The notes under the pieces: generated by a model
What the model saw: only the letters and a program-made list of their open reading frames with translations
The model's database searches: none
Told to the model about the DNA's origin: nothing
Part shown: positions 19,668-29,571 of the stretch, piece by piece
Layout: each line of letters starts with the position of its first letter
How positions within the stretch are numbered: the stretch's first letter is position 1
Program-made: the position numbers and the translations under genes
NCBI GenBank assembly: GCA_963798485.1
Contig: CAWCTR010000014.1
Coordinates: 256,001 to 320,000, forward strand
Source: an uncultured delta proteobacterium
GTDB taxonomy: Bacteria; Desulfobacterota; Desulfomonilia; UBA1062
Direction of reading: 5' to 3'
Length of the DNA stretch: 64,000 nucleotides

Positions 19668-21329
19668 TCACCCCTTTGCCAATAAGCTGGAAAGCACGGT
19701 TTTGAGATCGATTGCACCCGGGCCGGCCTTTAATACCGGCACGCGCTCCATTCGGTCCCCATCAAGATTGTAAAAGGTCCCTTCCCTCTCAAACCCGTCC
19801 CTGATGGGAACGACCAGGTCCGCCCTTAGCGTCAGGTTGTTCTCGTACGGGCTGAAGCAGGCGACAAAGGTCCCGTCCTCGATGGTCATCCCAGGGATGT
19901 CCTTGCCGAAGAAAAAGACCGGGCTTCCTTGTGCTGCGGCATACCCTATACCGAGCCTTGCGATACCCAGGGTATTGGTCTCGGGCGGCAGCCAGAGGAA
20001 CCTTACCCCATCAAGCTTGCCAAGGGCCTCTTTCTCCTTCTCATCGAGTTCCTGGTAGACGATCAGGCAGTTCGTGCCCTTTGCTAGGGTCTGAGCACGG
20101 GCCAGGAAATCATCAGAGGTGAGGCGTTCTCTTGGGAAGATTGAAAAGGTGTTCTTCGGTGCATCGACCAGTATGAACCGCGCCTTGTTTTCCGCAACCC
20201 TCCTCTTGACCAGCGAACCGAGGACACCATAGCCGGCATCGAGATCAAGACGGAAGATGATGACAGTGTCTGCCGTGTTCAGGTCTTCCATGCGTGCCGT
20301 CGAGGCGACCGGAGGGGTTACGGGTCTAAGCGAATTGACCTTTCCTTTGAAGAGCGTCTTTATCATCTCCAGCTCTTCGTTATAAAGGGATCCATCGACA
20401 TACGCCGTCGCTCCGTTGATCTTATCCCTGATCACGCTGCTCAGATCGCTTATAGCGATATCCTTCATTCCATTCCCTGTGCGCATGCGAGGGGAAGCCA
20501 TTTTCCGGTGCTCTTCATAGACTGACAGATACCTGCCCTGCCGGCATAACAGGCCGCCAGATGGCTTTGCGGCCCAGTCGCCGTGGATCTTTATCACGGC
20601 ATTAGTGCCGGGATTCTTATACACCTCGATGCCGCAGCCTACCGGGCACATGTCGCAAACGGTCTTTATCTGCTCGTTTTTGTCCCTGCTCCTCTGGTAT
20701 GCCGCCCTCTTTTCAATGAGGGCCCCTGTAGGGCATACCTGGACGCAGGCGCCGCAGGAGACGCAGCTCGAGAGTCCCAGCGGCCTCTCAAGATCGGCCA
20801 CGATCAGTGTCTTGACCCCCCTGTTGCTCTCCGTGAGCACGTAGTGGCCTGCCAGGTCGGTGCAGGCTCGTACGCACCTGCCGCACAGGATGCACCGGTT
20901 GTGCTCTATCATAATGTACGGGTGTGATACATCGACGGGATAGCGCTTTTCATACGTCTCGAAGTTGTAGTGGTCCATGCCGAGCTTATATCCCAGGTCC
21001 TGCAGCTCGCAGTTTCCGCTCACCTCGCAGTACATGCAGTAGTGGTTCCTGCTCGTGAAGATCATCTGGATGGTGGTCTTACGGATGTGCTGTATCCGGG
21101 GTGAATCGGTGATGATATCCATGCCGTTCTCCACCGGCATGGTGCACGATGCCTTCAGCCTCCCCTTGTCTTCCACAATGCACATGCGGCAGGCCCCCCT
21201 GGGGATCAGGGCCTCATGGTGGCACAGAGTCGGAATGTATATCCCGAGTGTCTGGGCCGCCTCAAGGATGGTCTTACCCTGCTCCACCTCGATATCTATT
21301 CCGTTGATCCGCAACTTCACCTTGCTCAT
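19668..21329 (-). CDS. HoxU-like Fe-S subunit extended with a NuoG/molybdopterin-oxidoreductase-like domain
   Basis: 2Fe-2S (PTLC..GACRMC..SC), H-C-C-C cluster (HYCMYC..C), CILCGRCVRAC, CVSCGACVQVCP, extra CDMCPVGC..LC, FEREGTFYN tail. Confidence 0.8.
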   Translation of the reverse strand: MSKVKLRINGIDIEVEQGKTILEAAQTLGIYIPTLCHHEALIPRGACRMCIVEDKGRLKASCTMPVENGMDIITDSPRIQHIRKTTIQMIFTSRNHYCMYCEVSGNCELQDLGYKLGMDHYNFETYEKRYPVDVSHPYIMIEHNRCILCGRCVRACTDLAGHYVLTESNRGVKTLIVADLERPLGLSSCVSCGACVQVCPTGALIEKRAAYQRSRDKNEQIKTVCDMCPVGCGIEVYKNPGTNAVIKIHGDWAAKPSGGLLCRQGRYLSVYEEHRKMASPRMRTGNGMKDIAISDLSSVIRDKINGATAYVDGSLYNEELEMIKTLFKGKVNSLRPVTPPVASTARMEDLNTADTVIIFRLDLDAGYGVLGSLVKRRVAENKARFILVDAPKNTFSIFPRERLTSDDFLARAQTLAKGTNCLIVYQELDEKEKEALGKLDGVRFLWLPPETNTLGIARLGIGYAAAQGSPVFFFGKDIPGMTIEDGTFVACFSPYENNLTLRADLVVPIRDGFEREGTFYNLDGDRMERVPVLKAGPGAIDLKTVLSSLLAKG

Positions 21330-21613
21330 CGAACACCCCTCTCGCAGTACTTAAGAACTTGTGTTCCTCCCCTGGGACATCGACGTCTCCTTCCATACAT
21401 CCAGGAAGATTATATCTATGTCCGGCAACGGTCTGATAAAATATACACCAGAGCAAAAAAAATGAAAAGTATTAAATAATAATCATTCCTGATAGAGATA
21501 ACTGAATTGGATAAAAAAGATCCTTTACTGCATCCAGGATAATGGAATCTTCATATCATCCCGGGTGCGGCAAAGGATCTGAGAATGCAGCCAAATTTAT
21601 ATACAGGAGGTGG

Positions 21614-22180
21614 TTATTTCTTGTCACCAAGCGGCAGGACGACCCTCCCAAAGTTCTCGTTTATCACCTGTGCCATTGCACAGTAAATGGCGGAAGCCCC
21701 ACAGAAGATCCCCTCATACCCGGTGATAATCGCCCAGGAACCCTTCCACCCGAAGCCGTCCCGCGCAGCCAGCATCCAGAAAAGTATGGTGAGCGATAAA
21801 AATACTACCTGAAGGCCCCTGTTGGCCTTCCATGTGCCGATCCACATGAAAAACGTGAAAAGCCCCCACATGAACAGATACCAGGACATGAACACCTCGG
21901 AGTTTTCACCGAGACCCAACTGCTTATTGAAATAGACAAGAAACACGAGGGTAAACCAGAATGCCCCATATGAGGTAAAGGCCGTGGTTCCGAAGGTGTT
22001 GCCCTTCTTGAATTCCATGATCCCTGCAATCACCTGTGCCATACCCCCATAGAAGATCCCCACTGCCAGGATCCCGGCGCACATACCGAAGATCCCTGCA
22101 TTGTGAAGATTCAGCAGTACCGTTGTCATACCAAAGCCCATGAGTCCAAGTGGTGCCGGATTTGCAAGATTGTTTGACAT
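21614..22180 (-). CDS. satP: Succinate-acetate/proton symporter (GPR1/FUN34/YaaH family)
   Basis: Signature ANPAPLGLMGFGMTT, GNTFGTTAFTSYG. Confidence 0.93.
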   Translation of the reverse strand: MSNNLANPAPLGLMGFGMTTVLLNLHNAGIFGMCAGILAVGIFYGGMAQVIAGIMEFKKGNTFGTTAFTSYGAFWFTLVFLVYFNKQLGLGENSEVFMSWYLFMWGLFTFFMWIGTWKANRGLQVVFLSLTILFWMLAARDGFGWKGSWAIITGYEGIFCGASAIYCAMAQVINENFGRVVLPLGDKK

Positions 22181-22223
22181 TACACTCCTCCTATTTTTTA
22201 ACGATTATAGAATGATAGTTAAT

Positions 22224-22250
22224 CATGTCAGAAGGTTCGTCTCTGACATG
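22224..22250. promoter_or_regulatory. Inverted repeat CATGTCAGA-N9-TCTGACATG upstream of satP
   Basis: Perfect 9-bp arms about 45 bp upstream of the satP start. Confidence 0.35.
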
Positions 22251-22348
22251 TAACCTCCCCCGCACATGGTTTTAAAAAATTGATACAATAGCCCGCGTAT
22301 ATACTGTTATCAGGGAGATTTGTCAATTGAATAGTGATTCATTTATGG

Positions 22349-23578
22349 CTAATCAGATCCCTCTTCAAGGAGGCTCTGCTCATAGGGGAATGGCGACAAA
22401 GCCTTCTTCAACACCCCGTGCACATAGGATATGGCGACCCCGTAGTTGGTGATGGGAATTGCCCTTTCGTGGGCCTCTTGTATCCTTCCCAGCATCTCCT
22501 TGCGGTTGATCATGCACCCGCCGCACTGGATGATGAGCCGGTAATCACGGATGTCCCTGTCCAGGATGGACCCGGCATGGACATCGAAGGCGATGTCCTT
22601 GCCGGTATAGAGCTTTACCCACCTGGGGATCTTGACCCGGCCGATGTCGTCCGGCAGGGGGTGGTGGGTGCACGCCTCACAGATGAGCACCCTGTCGCCG
22701 TCCTTGAGGGTGTCGATGGCCTTCACGCCTTCGACGAATTCAGCCAGATCGCCCTTGAGCCTGGAGAACAGGATGGAAAAGGTGGTGAGTTTGGTCGACG
22801 GAGGCAGGTCGCCAGCCACCTTCAAGACCACCTGTGAGTCACAGATCACGAGTCCCGGAGGGGTCTTGAGGCTGGCCAGGACGTACTCGATCTCGCGCTC
22901 CTTGACCACTATGGCTGCCGCGTCGTTGTCCAGGATGTCCCTGATGACCTGGACCTGCGGGAGGATAAGCCTGCCCTTGGGCGCGCCCAGGTCTATTGGC
23001 ACCACCAGGAGCACGATATCGCCGTGGCTGATGATGTCGCCCACGATGGTGGAACGCTCCGCCTCCAGGGTCTTTGCGATCTCCACGATGCGCTCGCGTG
23101 CCTGGCCTATGTTCTCTCCGGTCAGGCAGCACACGGCCGCAAACGGTATCTTGGCCTCATCCATCTCAGATGCCGTCTTTGTATCAACAGGGAACAGATC
23201 GATCTTGTTGAAAATGAGAATGGTTTTGGCCCCCCTCACCTTGAGCTCATCCAGCAGGGCCTTGTCTGCCTGGTCAAAGTCTGCAAAGGTGCTCACCACA
23301 ACGGCAAGGTTGATCTTGGCCATGATGGCCTTGGTGCGGTCCACCCGCATATCCCCAAGATCTCCGGTGTCGTCGAGACCGGCGGTATCGTAGATATAGA
23401 CAGGCCCGATGCCATGGATCTCCATGGCCTTGCCCACCGGGTCGGTGGTAGTGCCTGCCACGGGAGAGACGATGGACACGCTCTGGCCGGTCAAGGCATT
23501 GATGAAGGACGACTTGCCGGAGTTACGCTTCCCGAAGATGCCTATGTGCAGCCTGTTGGCTACTGGCGTGGTGTTCAT
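22349..23578 (-). CDS. hydF: [FeFe]-hydrogenase H-cluster maturation GTPase HydF
   Basis: GKRNSGKSS, DTAG, NKID, APKGRLILPQVQ, EACTHH..DDIGRVKIPRW, CGGCM, TNYG. Confidence 0.95.
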   Translation of the reverse strand: MNTTPVANRLHIGIFGKRNSGKSSFINALTGQSVSIVSPVAGTTTDPVGKAMEIHGIGPVYIYDTAGLDDTGDLGDMRVDRTKAIMAKINLAVVVSTFADFDQADKALLDELKVRGAKTILIFNKIDLFPVDTKTASEMDEAKIPFAAVCCLTGENIGQARERIVEIAKTLEAERSTIVGDIISHGDIVLLVVPIDLGAPKGRLILPQVQVIRDILDNDAAAIVVKEREIEYVLASLKTPPGLVICDSQVVLKVAGDLPPSTKLTTFSILFSRLKGDLAEFVEGVKAIDTLKDGDRVLICEACTHHPLPDDIGRVKIPRWVKLYTGKDIAFDVHAGSILDRDIRDYRLIIQCGGCMINRKEMLGRIQEAHERAIPITNYGVAISYVHGVLKKALSPFPYEQSLLEEGSD

Positions 23579-24963
23579 TTCTTGTACCCCATCATACGGA
23601 TCCTCTCGGGTGAGACAAGCTCTTCAAACTCATGGCCGGTCAGGATCTTTTCGTCAATGATGATCTCTTTGAGGGTCCTTTTGTCATGTCTCATGGTCTG
23701 ATAGATACGTGATGCCGCGTCATGGCCGATGTATTGGGAGAGATAGGTCAGGATGGCAACCGAATTGGTCAGGTTCGCATCGATCTTCTCCCTGTTCAGC
23801 GTTAATCCCTTGATGGCCTTCTCCTCAAACTTGATCAGGGCAAGGCTCAGCAGCGACATGGACTTGAGCATAAGATAAGATACCAGGGGAAAGAACTGGT
23901 TCAGCTCAAGGTTGCCAAGGGCCGCGGCCTGGGCGATGGTATTGTCATAGGCAATGACAAGAAGGCTGATCTGGGTGGTGAACTCGCACATGACCGGGTT
24001 GACTTTGCCCGGCATAATGGAAGAACCTTCCTGTACTGGGGGAAGGATCACCTCGCCGATCCCCCCTGAGGGGCCTGAGGAGAGGAGCCTGAGGTCCTCT
24101 GATATCTTCATCAGGTTCACTGCACAGGTCTTCACCAGGCCCGACACCTCCACGATGGCATCCAGGTTCTGAGTGGCATCCACCATGTTCTCGGAGCGCG
24201 TGATGGCAAGGCCGGTGAGATCCTTAAGCCTTTCGATCACGAGAAAGATGTATTTCTGGGGCGCATTGAACCCGGTGCCGATGGCAGTGCCCCCTATATT
24301 AAGCACCTTGATGCGCTCGCGCGCCTTGAAGATCCTCCATCTGTCCCGGGCTATGGCCTCGGCATAGGCAGCGAACTGCATTCCCGCCGTAATAGGCAGT
24401 GCATCCTGGAGTTCGGTACGGCCCAGCTTGAGGATACCGGCATAGGCCTTCTCCCTTTCCTGGAGGGCCTCCTGCAGGTTGATAAGAAGCCCTTCCATCT
24501 TGTCCAGATGCATAAGCATGGCCACCTTGAGCGCCGATGGATAGGTGTCATTGGTGGACTGGTGCATGTTTACGTGGTCAAGGGGATGGATGTATGCATA
24601 GTCGCCCTTGGCTCTTCCGACAAGCTCAAGGGCCTTATTGGCAATGACCTCGTTCACGTTCATGTTCAGCGAGGTCCCTGCCCCTCCGCTTAAGGGACTT
24701 ACAACAATGTCTTCAAAGTGCTCACCGGTAAGCATTTTATCAATGCCCTTGATGATGGCTTGGGCCTTTTCTTTCTCAAGATATTTCAGCTCTGCATTCA
24801 CCAGGGCGGCCGCCTTTTTAACCAGCAGATAGGCCTTCACAAAGAGCGGGTCGTGCCGCTCGCCTATGTTACCGAAATTGCCGAGTGCCCGGGCGGTGTG
24901 CACTCCATACAGGCTCTCATCCAGTATCTCAAGGCTGCCTATTGAATCCTTTTCTCTCCTCAC
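23575..24963 (-). CDS. aspA: Aspartate ammonia-lyase (fumarase/aspartase superfamily)
   Basis: GGAGTS.NMNVNEVIAN, QSTNDTYP, GRTELQDA, GSSIMPGKVNP. Confidence 0.88.
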   Translation of the reverse strand: MRREKDSIGSLEILDESLYGVHTARALGNFGNIGERHDPLFVKAYLLVKKAAALVNAELKYLEKEKAQAIIKGIDKMLTGEHFEDIVVSPLSGGAGTSLNMNVNEVIANKALELVGRAKGDYAYIHPLDHVNMHQSTNDTYPSALKVAMLMHLDKMEGLLINLQEALQEREKAYAGILKLGRTELQDALPITAGMQFAAYAEAIARDRWRIFKARERIKVLNIGGTAIGTGFNAPQKYIFLVIERLKDLTGLAITRSENMVDATQNLDAIVEVSGLVKTCAVNLMKISEDLRLLSSGPSGGIGEVILPPVQEGSSIMPGKVNPVMCEFTTQISLLVIAYDNTIAQAAALGNLELNQFFPLVSYLMLKSMSLLSLALIKFEEKAIKGLTLNREKIDANLTNSVAILTYLSQYIGHDAASRIYQTMRHDKRTLKEIIIDEKILTGHEFEELVSPERIRMMGYKK

Positions 24964-25202
24964 GTAGACACCTCATGTTGTGTCATTCCTGCGAAACAAA
25001 TAATAGGAAGGAAGTGTACATTCTGGGTACAGAAGGCGCAAGGGTATTATCTCAGAGGTAACTCGTATTATTAATATCATACTGATAAAATCATTGCAAA
25101 AGGGTTGGAAGATTTTATCAGAATGTTTAAAGCCCCTCATCTCCCATTAAGGGGCATGTTTTATCTTGACTGCCCGCAAAACGAGACGTACCTACAGGCA
25201 CA

Positions 25203-26375
25203 ATGGCAAATCATCCCGAGACATTATACGACTTCGATACCCCTGTGGAACGCCGCAATTCTGCGAGCCTCAAATGGGACAAATACAAGGGCAGAGACAT
25301 CATCCCCTTGTGGGTGGCGGATATGGACTTCAAGGCCCCTCCGGCTGTTATTTCGGCGCTTCACCGGCACGTGGCCCATGGGGTGTTCGGCTACACCTTG
25401 CCGCCTGATGACCTCCTGGAGGCTGTTATGTGCATGCTGGAGCGCACACATGCATGGACCGTGAAACCCGAGTGGGTCGTGTGGCTGCCCGGCCTTGTAA
25501 GCGGCCTGAACATTGCCTGCCGCGCCGTGGGGAAGCCGGGTGATGCAGTCATCACCACCACCCCGGCCTACCCGCCGTTCCTCAGCGCCCCTTCCCTCTC
25601 ACAGCGCACCCTCTTCACTGTCGCCCATGTAGATGACGGCGGTAACTATATCTTCGACTTCGCCGGTATCGAACGGTCCATCACAGCCCGTACACGGATG
25701 TTTATCCTGTGTAACCCGCAGAACCCGACCGGCAGGGTCTTCACCCGTGACGAACTATTGCACCTGGCCCGGATCTGCCTTGGTAATAATATCATCATCT
25801 GTTCGGATGAGATCCACTGCGGCCTTGTGCTGGACCATGACAAAGGACACATAACCCTATCCACCCTCGATGAGGACATAGCCCGGCAGACCATCACCCT
25901 GCTTGCCCCCAGCAAGACCTACAACCTCCCGGGCCTGGGCTGCTCTTTTGCCGTGATCCCTGACAAAGGACTCCGGTCATATTTTAAAACTGCCATGAAC
26001 GGCATCGTGCCCCATGTCAATGCCCTGGGGTTAACCGCTGCCCTGGCCGCATACCGGGATTGTGAAGAATGGCGACTGGCACTCATTGACTACCTCAGGC
26101 AAAACCGGAATCTGGTGGAGGATTTCGTGGCAAACACCCCGGGGCTTGGCATGCACCACACCGAGGCCACCTATCTCGCCTGGATTGATTGTCGCAACCT
26201 GGATGTGCCGAACCCTGCAGCCTTCTTTGAAGACTCGGGTGTCGGCCTCTCCGATGGTGCTGACTTCGGCACACCGGGATTCGTGCGTTTGAACTTCGGC
26301 TGTGCCCGCAGTCTCCTGGTAGAGGCGCTTGGCCGGATGGGGGATGCACTGGCCCGGTACCCCGGGCGCTCCTGA
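25203..26375 (+). CDS. PatB/MalY family PLP-dependent C-S lyase
   Basis: KWD, PLWVADMDF, LCNPQNPTG, SDEIH, APSKTYNL, RLNFGC. Confidence 0.93.
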   Translation: MANHPETLYDFDTPVERRNSASLKWDKYKGRDIIPLWVADMDFKAPPAVISALHRHVAHGVFGYTLPPDDLLEAVMCMLERTHAWTVKPEWVVWLPGLVSGLNIACRAVGKPGDAVITTTPAYPPFLSAPSLSQRTLFTVAHVDDGGNYIFDFAGIERSITARTRMFILCNPQNPTGRVFTRDELLHLARICLGNNIIICSDEIHCGLVLDHDKGHITLSTLDEDIARQTITLLAPSKTYNLPGLGCSFAVIPDKGLRSYFKTAMNGIVPHVNALGLTAALAAYRDCEEWRLALIDYLRQNRNLVEDFVANTPGLGMHHTEATYLAWIDCRNLDVPNPAAFFEDSGVGLSDGADFGTPGFVRLNFGCARSLLVEALGRMGDALARYPGRS

Positions 26376-26421
26376 TTCTCGGAGAGAAGCACCCTTATTA
26401 TCTGGTATTATCCAATCATCA

Positions 26422-26451
26422 TCGTTCCCAAGCCGGGGGGATTGGGAACGA
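26422..26451. repeat. Palindromic hairpin TCGTTCCCAA...TTGGGAACGA (REP-like or bidirectional terminator)
   Basis: 10-bp perfect arms between convergent patB-like and DEAD-box genes. Confidence 0.5.
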
Positions 26452-26473
26452 GACACTTTGTGAGATGTTGTTT

Positions 26474-27733
26474 TCAGCGTGCAGAGATCTGTGTACGATA
26501 TCGATCCCCGGCCTTGCGTTGCCTATCCATGGGAGACTGCGCTGCCGGACGTGCCACACCCTGCCTTTGCTGCTTTGTCCTGGCCGCCTGGAAAGGACCA
26601 TCGGCCTTGGGCTTTTTGTAATCGAATCCCGACAGGGTCTTTTGTTCCACTGCCGCCCCGAGGATGCATTCAATAGTATATGCCATGGATGTGTCTTCGT
26701 TCGTTACAAAGGTGAAGGCCTCACCTGTTCTGGAGACGCGTCCTGTCCGTCCGATGCGGTGGGTATAGGCATCAGCGGTGTCGGGCATATCAAAATTGAT
26801 GACATGGGTGATTGCAGACACATCTATTCCCCGGGCCGCAATATCCGTAGCGACAAGGATCTTGAAAGAACCGCTGCGGAAGCCTTCAATGGCATTCTGA
26901 CGCTGATTCTGTGACAGGTTGCCCTGTAGTGAGGCGGCCCTGAACCCGGCATAACCCAGTTGTTCTGCCAGCTTCTTTGCACGATGTTTGGTTCGGGTGA
27001 AGATCAGGACAGAATCCGTTTCAGTGCGTTTGAGCAATTCCTTTAAAAGTGCGGTCTTCAGATGTTGTTCCACCGGGTAAAGCACATGGGATATGGTTGC
27101 AACCGGTTTCGTATGGTCGATCTGGACCGTGACGGCATCGCGCAGTATGTCTGAAGACAGGCGGCGGATATCATCCGGCATGGTGGCTGAAAAGAGCAGG
27201 TTCTGCCTCTTGGAAGGGAGTTGCTTGGTTATCCGGCGGATATCGGGCAGGAAGCCCATGTCGAACATGCGGTCGGCCTCGTCGATGACAAGGACTTCGA
27301 GTGAAGACAGATCGATGTTGTTGCGGGACATATGGTCAAGAAGCCGGCCCGGGCAGGCCACAATAATCTCTACACCGCGCCTGAGCGCCTTTATCTGAGG
27401 GTCCATACTCACACCGCCGAAAATTGCGGCACTGTGCAACCTGGTATGCCTGCCGAGAGAATTGACGGCCTCATGGATCTGGGAGGCCAGCTCACGTGTG
27501 GGGGCAAGGATCAATGCCCGAACCTTGCGGCGCTCTCCGTCCATGAGCTTCTGGAGAAGCGGCAGCACAAACGCCGCTGTCTTGCCGGTTCCGGTCTGGG
27601 CCAGGCCCAATACATCGCGCTTGTTCAAAATGTGGGGAATTGCCTTTTCCTGTATGGGGGTTGGGCACGTGTATCCCTGCTCAGTAATGGCAGCAGAGAT
27701 GTCCGTATGAAGATTGAAGTGTTCGAATGTCAT
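26474..27733 (-). CDS. rhlE: DEAD-box RNA helicase (RhlE-like)
   Basis: TPIQ, AQTGTGKT, PTRELA, DEAD, SAT, ARGID, HRIGRTGR. Confidence 0.9.
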   Translation of the reverse strand: MTFEHFNLHTDISAAITEQGYTCPTPIQEKAIPHILNKRDVLGLAQTGTGKTAAFVLPLLQKLMDGERRKVRALILAPTRELASQIHEAVNSLGRHTRLHSAAIFGGVSMDPQIKALRRGVEIIVACPGRLLDHMSRNNIDLSSLEVLVIDEADRMFDMGFLPDIRRITKQLPSKRQNLLFSATMPDDIRRLSSDILRDAVTVQIDHTKPVATISHVLYPVEQHLKTALLKELLKRTETDSVLIFTRTKHRAKKLAEQLGYAGFRAASLQGNLSQNQRQNAIEGFRSGSFKILVATDIAARGIDVSAITHVINFDMPDTADAYTHRIGRTGRVSRTGEAFTFVTNEDTSMAYTIECILGAAVEQKTLSGFDYKKPKADGPFQAARTKQQRQGVARPAAQSPMDRQRKAGDRYRTQISAR

Positions 27734-28088
27734 TGATGCTCCTTTGTTTATAGTGTTTCTGACAAGGGGTCTCTGCTCATTAAAGGGCAGGCCCTGTCTT
27801 CGTGGGAACCACTGGGATTCGTTTCAGCGGAACTGCTTAAAGACTCCTGACAGATCTTGTCTTGTTCGGAATAGTGAAGGAATAACTTGATACTGTTACC
27901 TTTTCCCTTTATGGATTATTCAGGTAAGACCGATTCGCTTTTTTAGATTGTGCCTATCCGTACGTACTATCCCGCTGATTGTCAAGGATAAAAGGTAGAG
28001 CTTTTCAGACCGAGGGAATGTTCATGCCGAATTCCGTCTCAGTGCACCCGGGCTTGACCGTCTTTAAGCTTGAGAGTAGAAATACACA

Positions 28089-28778
28089 ATGATTCCGGAC
28101 ATGATACAATATTGTGAGGCCTCCGCTACCGTGGACAGCGACAACCCGGTGGTCATCGAGTTTGCCAAGAGGAACACTGGCAGTTCCCCTGACCCCAAGG
28201 GGCAGGCCATAAGCCTGTTCTATGCAGTCAGGGATGGGATACGATACGACCCGTATACCCTCGACCTAACCGTGGGCGGGCTGAAGGCGAGTACGACACT
28301 GGGCGCCAAAAGGGGTTGGTGTGTGTCTAAGGCAATACTTCTGGCGGCCTGCTGCCGTGTTGTGGATATTCCTGCCCGGCTCGGTTTTGCCGACGTGCGC
28401 AACCACCTGACAACTACGCGCATGCGTGCGCTCATGAAGACCGACGTGTTCTTCTGGCATGGGTATACGTCAATCTTTCTGGATGGGCAGTGGGTAAAGG
28501 CAACGCCTGCCTTTAATAGAGAGCTCTGCGAGAAATTCAGGCTTCGCCCCTTAGAGTTTGACGGCATAACCGATTCTATCTACCACCCCTTTGACCTTGA
28601 GGGTAACAAGCACATGGAATACCTCAGGTATCGGGGAGAATTCGTCGATGTCCCGCTGAATGACATGATGGATACCTTCCGCAGGGAGTATCAGCCTGAC
28701 GTGTCCTGGAAGGACGAGTCATGGAAACAGGATGCTGACTTCGACAGAGAGGTCGAGCAGGAGAAGTCGAAAGGATAA
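28089..28778 (+). CDS. Transglutaminase-like family protein
   Basis: VRDGIRYDPY, GWCVSKA, WHG, WVKATPAFN. Confidence 0.85.
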   Translation: MIPDMIQYCEASATVDSDNPVVIEFAKRNTGSSPDPKGQAISLFYAVRDGIRYDPYTLDLTVGGLKASTTLGAKRGWCVSKAILLAACCRVVDIPARLGFADVRNHLTTTRMRALMKTDVFFWHGYTSIFLDGQWVKATPAFNRELCEKFRLRPLEFDGITDSIYHPFDLEGNKHMEYLRYRGEFVDVPLNDMMDTFRREYQPDVSWKDESWKQDADFDREVEQEKSKG

Positions 28779-28781
28779 ACT

Positions 28782-29285
28782 GTGGGGCAACATAAGCCCA
28801 ATATCGAGATTGTCAGAGGTTATCTCCCCGGGGCAATCGGAAGGGTTGCCGAGCTTAATGGGACCTACTATCACAAGAATTGGGGGTTCGGGCTCATCTT
28901 CGAGGCCATGTGCGCCACTGACCTTTCGGAATTTCTCAAGCGTTATGATGAAACCCAAGACGGCTTCTGGACTGCCAGGCTTGATGGCCGCATTGAAGGC
29001 CATCTTTCCATCGACGGGATTCATTCTGACACCAAAGGGGCACATTTGCGGTACTTCATCGTGTCGGATGGCATAAGGGGCCAAGGGGTCGGCAACAGGC
29101 TCATGACTACGGCAATGGATTTCTGCAGAAGCAGCGGCCACAAGCAGGTGTATCTCTGGACCTTCGAAGGCTTGTGGGCGGCAAGGCGCCTGTATGAAAA
29201 GGCCGGGTTCAGGCTTGCTGAGCAGCGCAGGGGTTCCCAGTGGGGTGTCGAGGTTAATGAGCAACGGTTCGAGCTGTTTTTCTGA
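28782..29285 (+). CDS. GNAT family N-acetyltransferase
   Basis: RGQGVG acetyl-CoA motif, LWTF, ARRLYEKAGF. Confidence 0.9.
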   Translation: MGQHKPNIEIVRGYLPGAIGRVAELNGTYYHKNWGFGLIFEAMCATDLSEFLKRYDETQDGFWTARLDGRIEGHLSIDGIHSDTKGAHLRYFIVSDGIRGQGVGNRLMTTAMDFCRSSGHKQVYLWTFEGLWAARRLYEKAGFRLAEQRRGSQWGVEVNEQRFELFF

Positions 29286-29571
29286 CCAGCCTCTCAAGCA
29301 ATCGGACCGTTATAGAATATATCGAGGACACTGTTGTCGATGTAAGGCAAATCGTAGAAAGTAATATAAGCGGCTTCAGCCGCGATTGGAATCAATGGTT
29401 CACAATACTTTATCGCGCCTGAAGGTGCTCCTACTTTAACCTTAAACCACTGCGCACGAAACTGCTATGGTCATATTCAGATGCATAATATGGGTTAAAC
29501 CTTGCCCATCAACAGACCCCATGATAATGAATATTCAAGCTATAACATCCACCCCTGATGAGGTTGTGCCT

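Noticed and set aside
10063-21329. Selenocysteine recoding in hydrogenase subunits
   Set aside because: All metal-binding motifs use Cys codons and the ORFs are full length
21330-21610. Possible hoxF remnant upstream of hoxU
   Set aside because: No NuoF-like residues recognised in the frames read; looks like a promoter region
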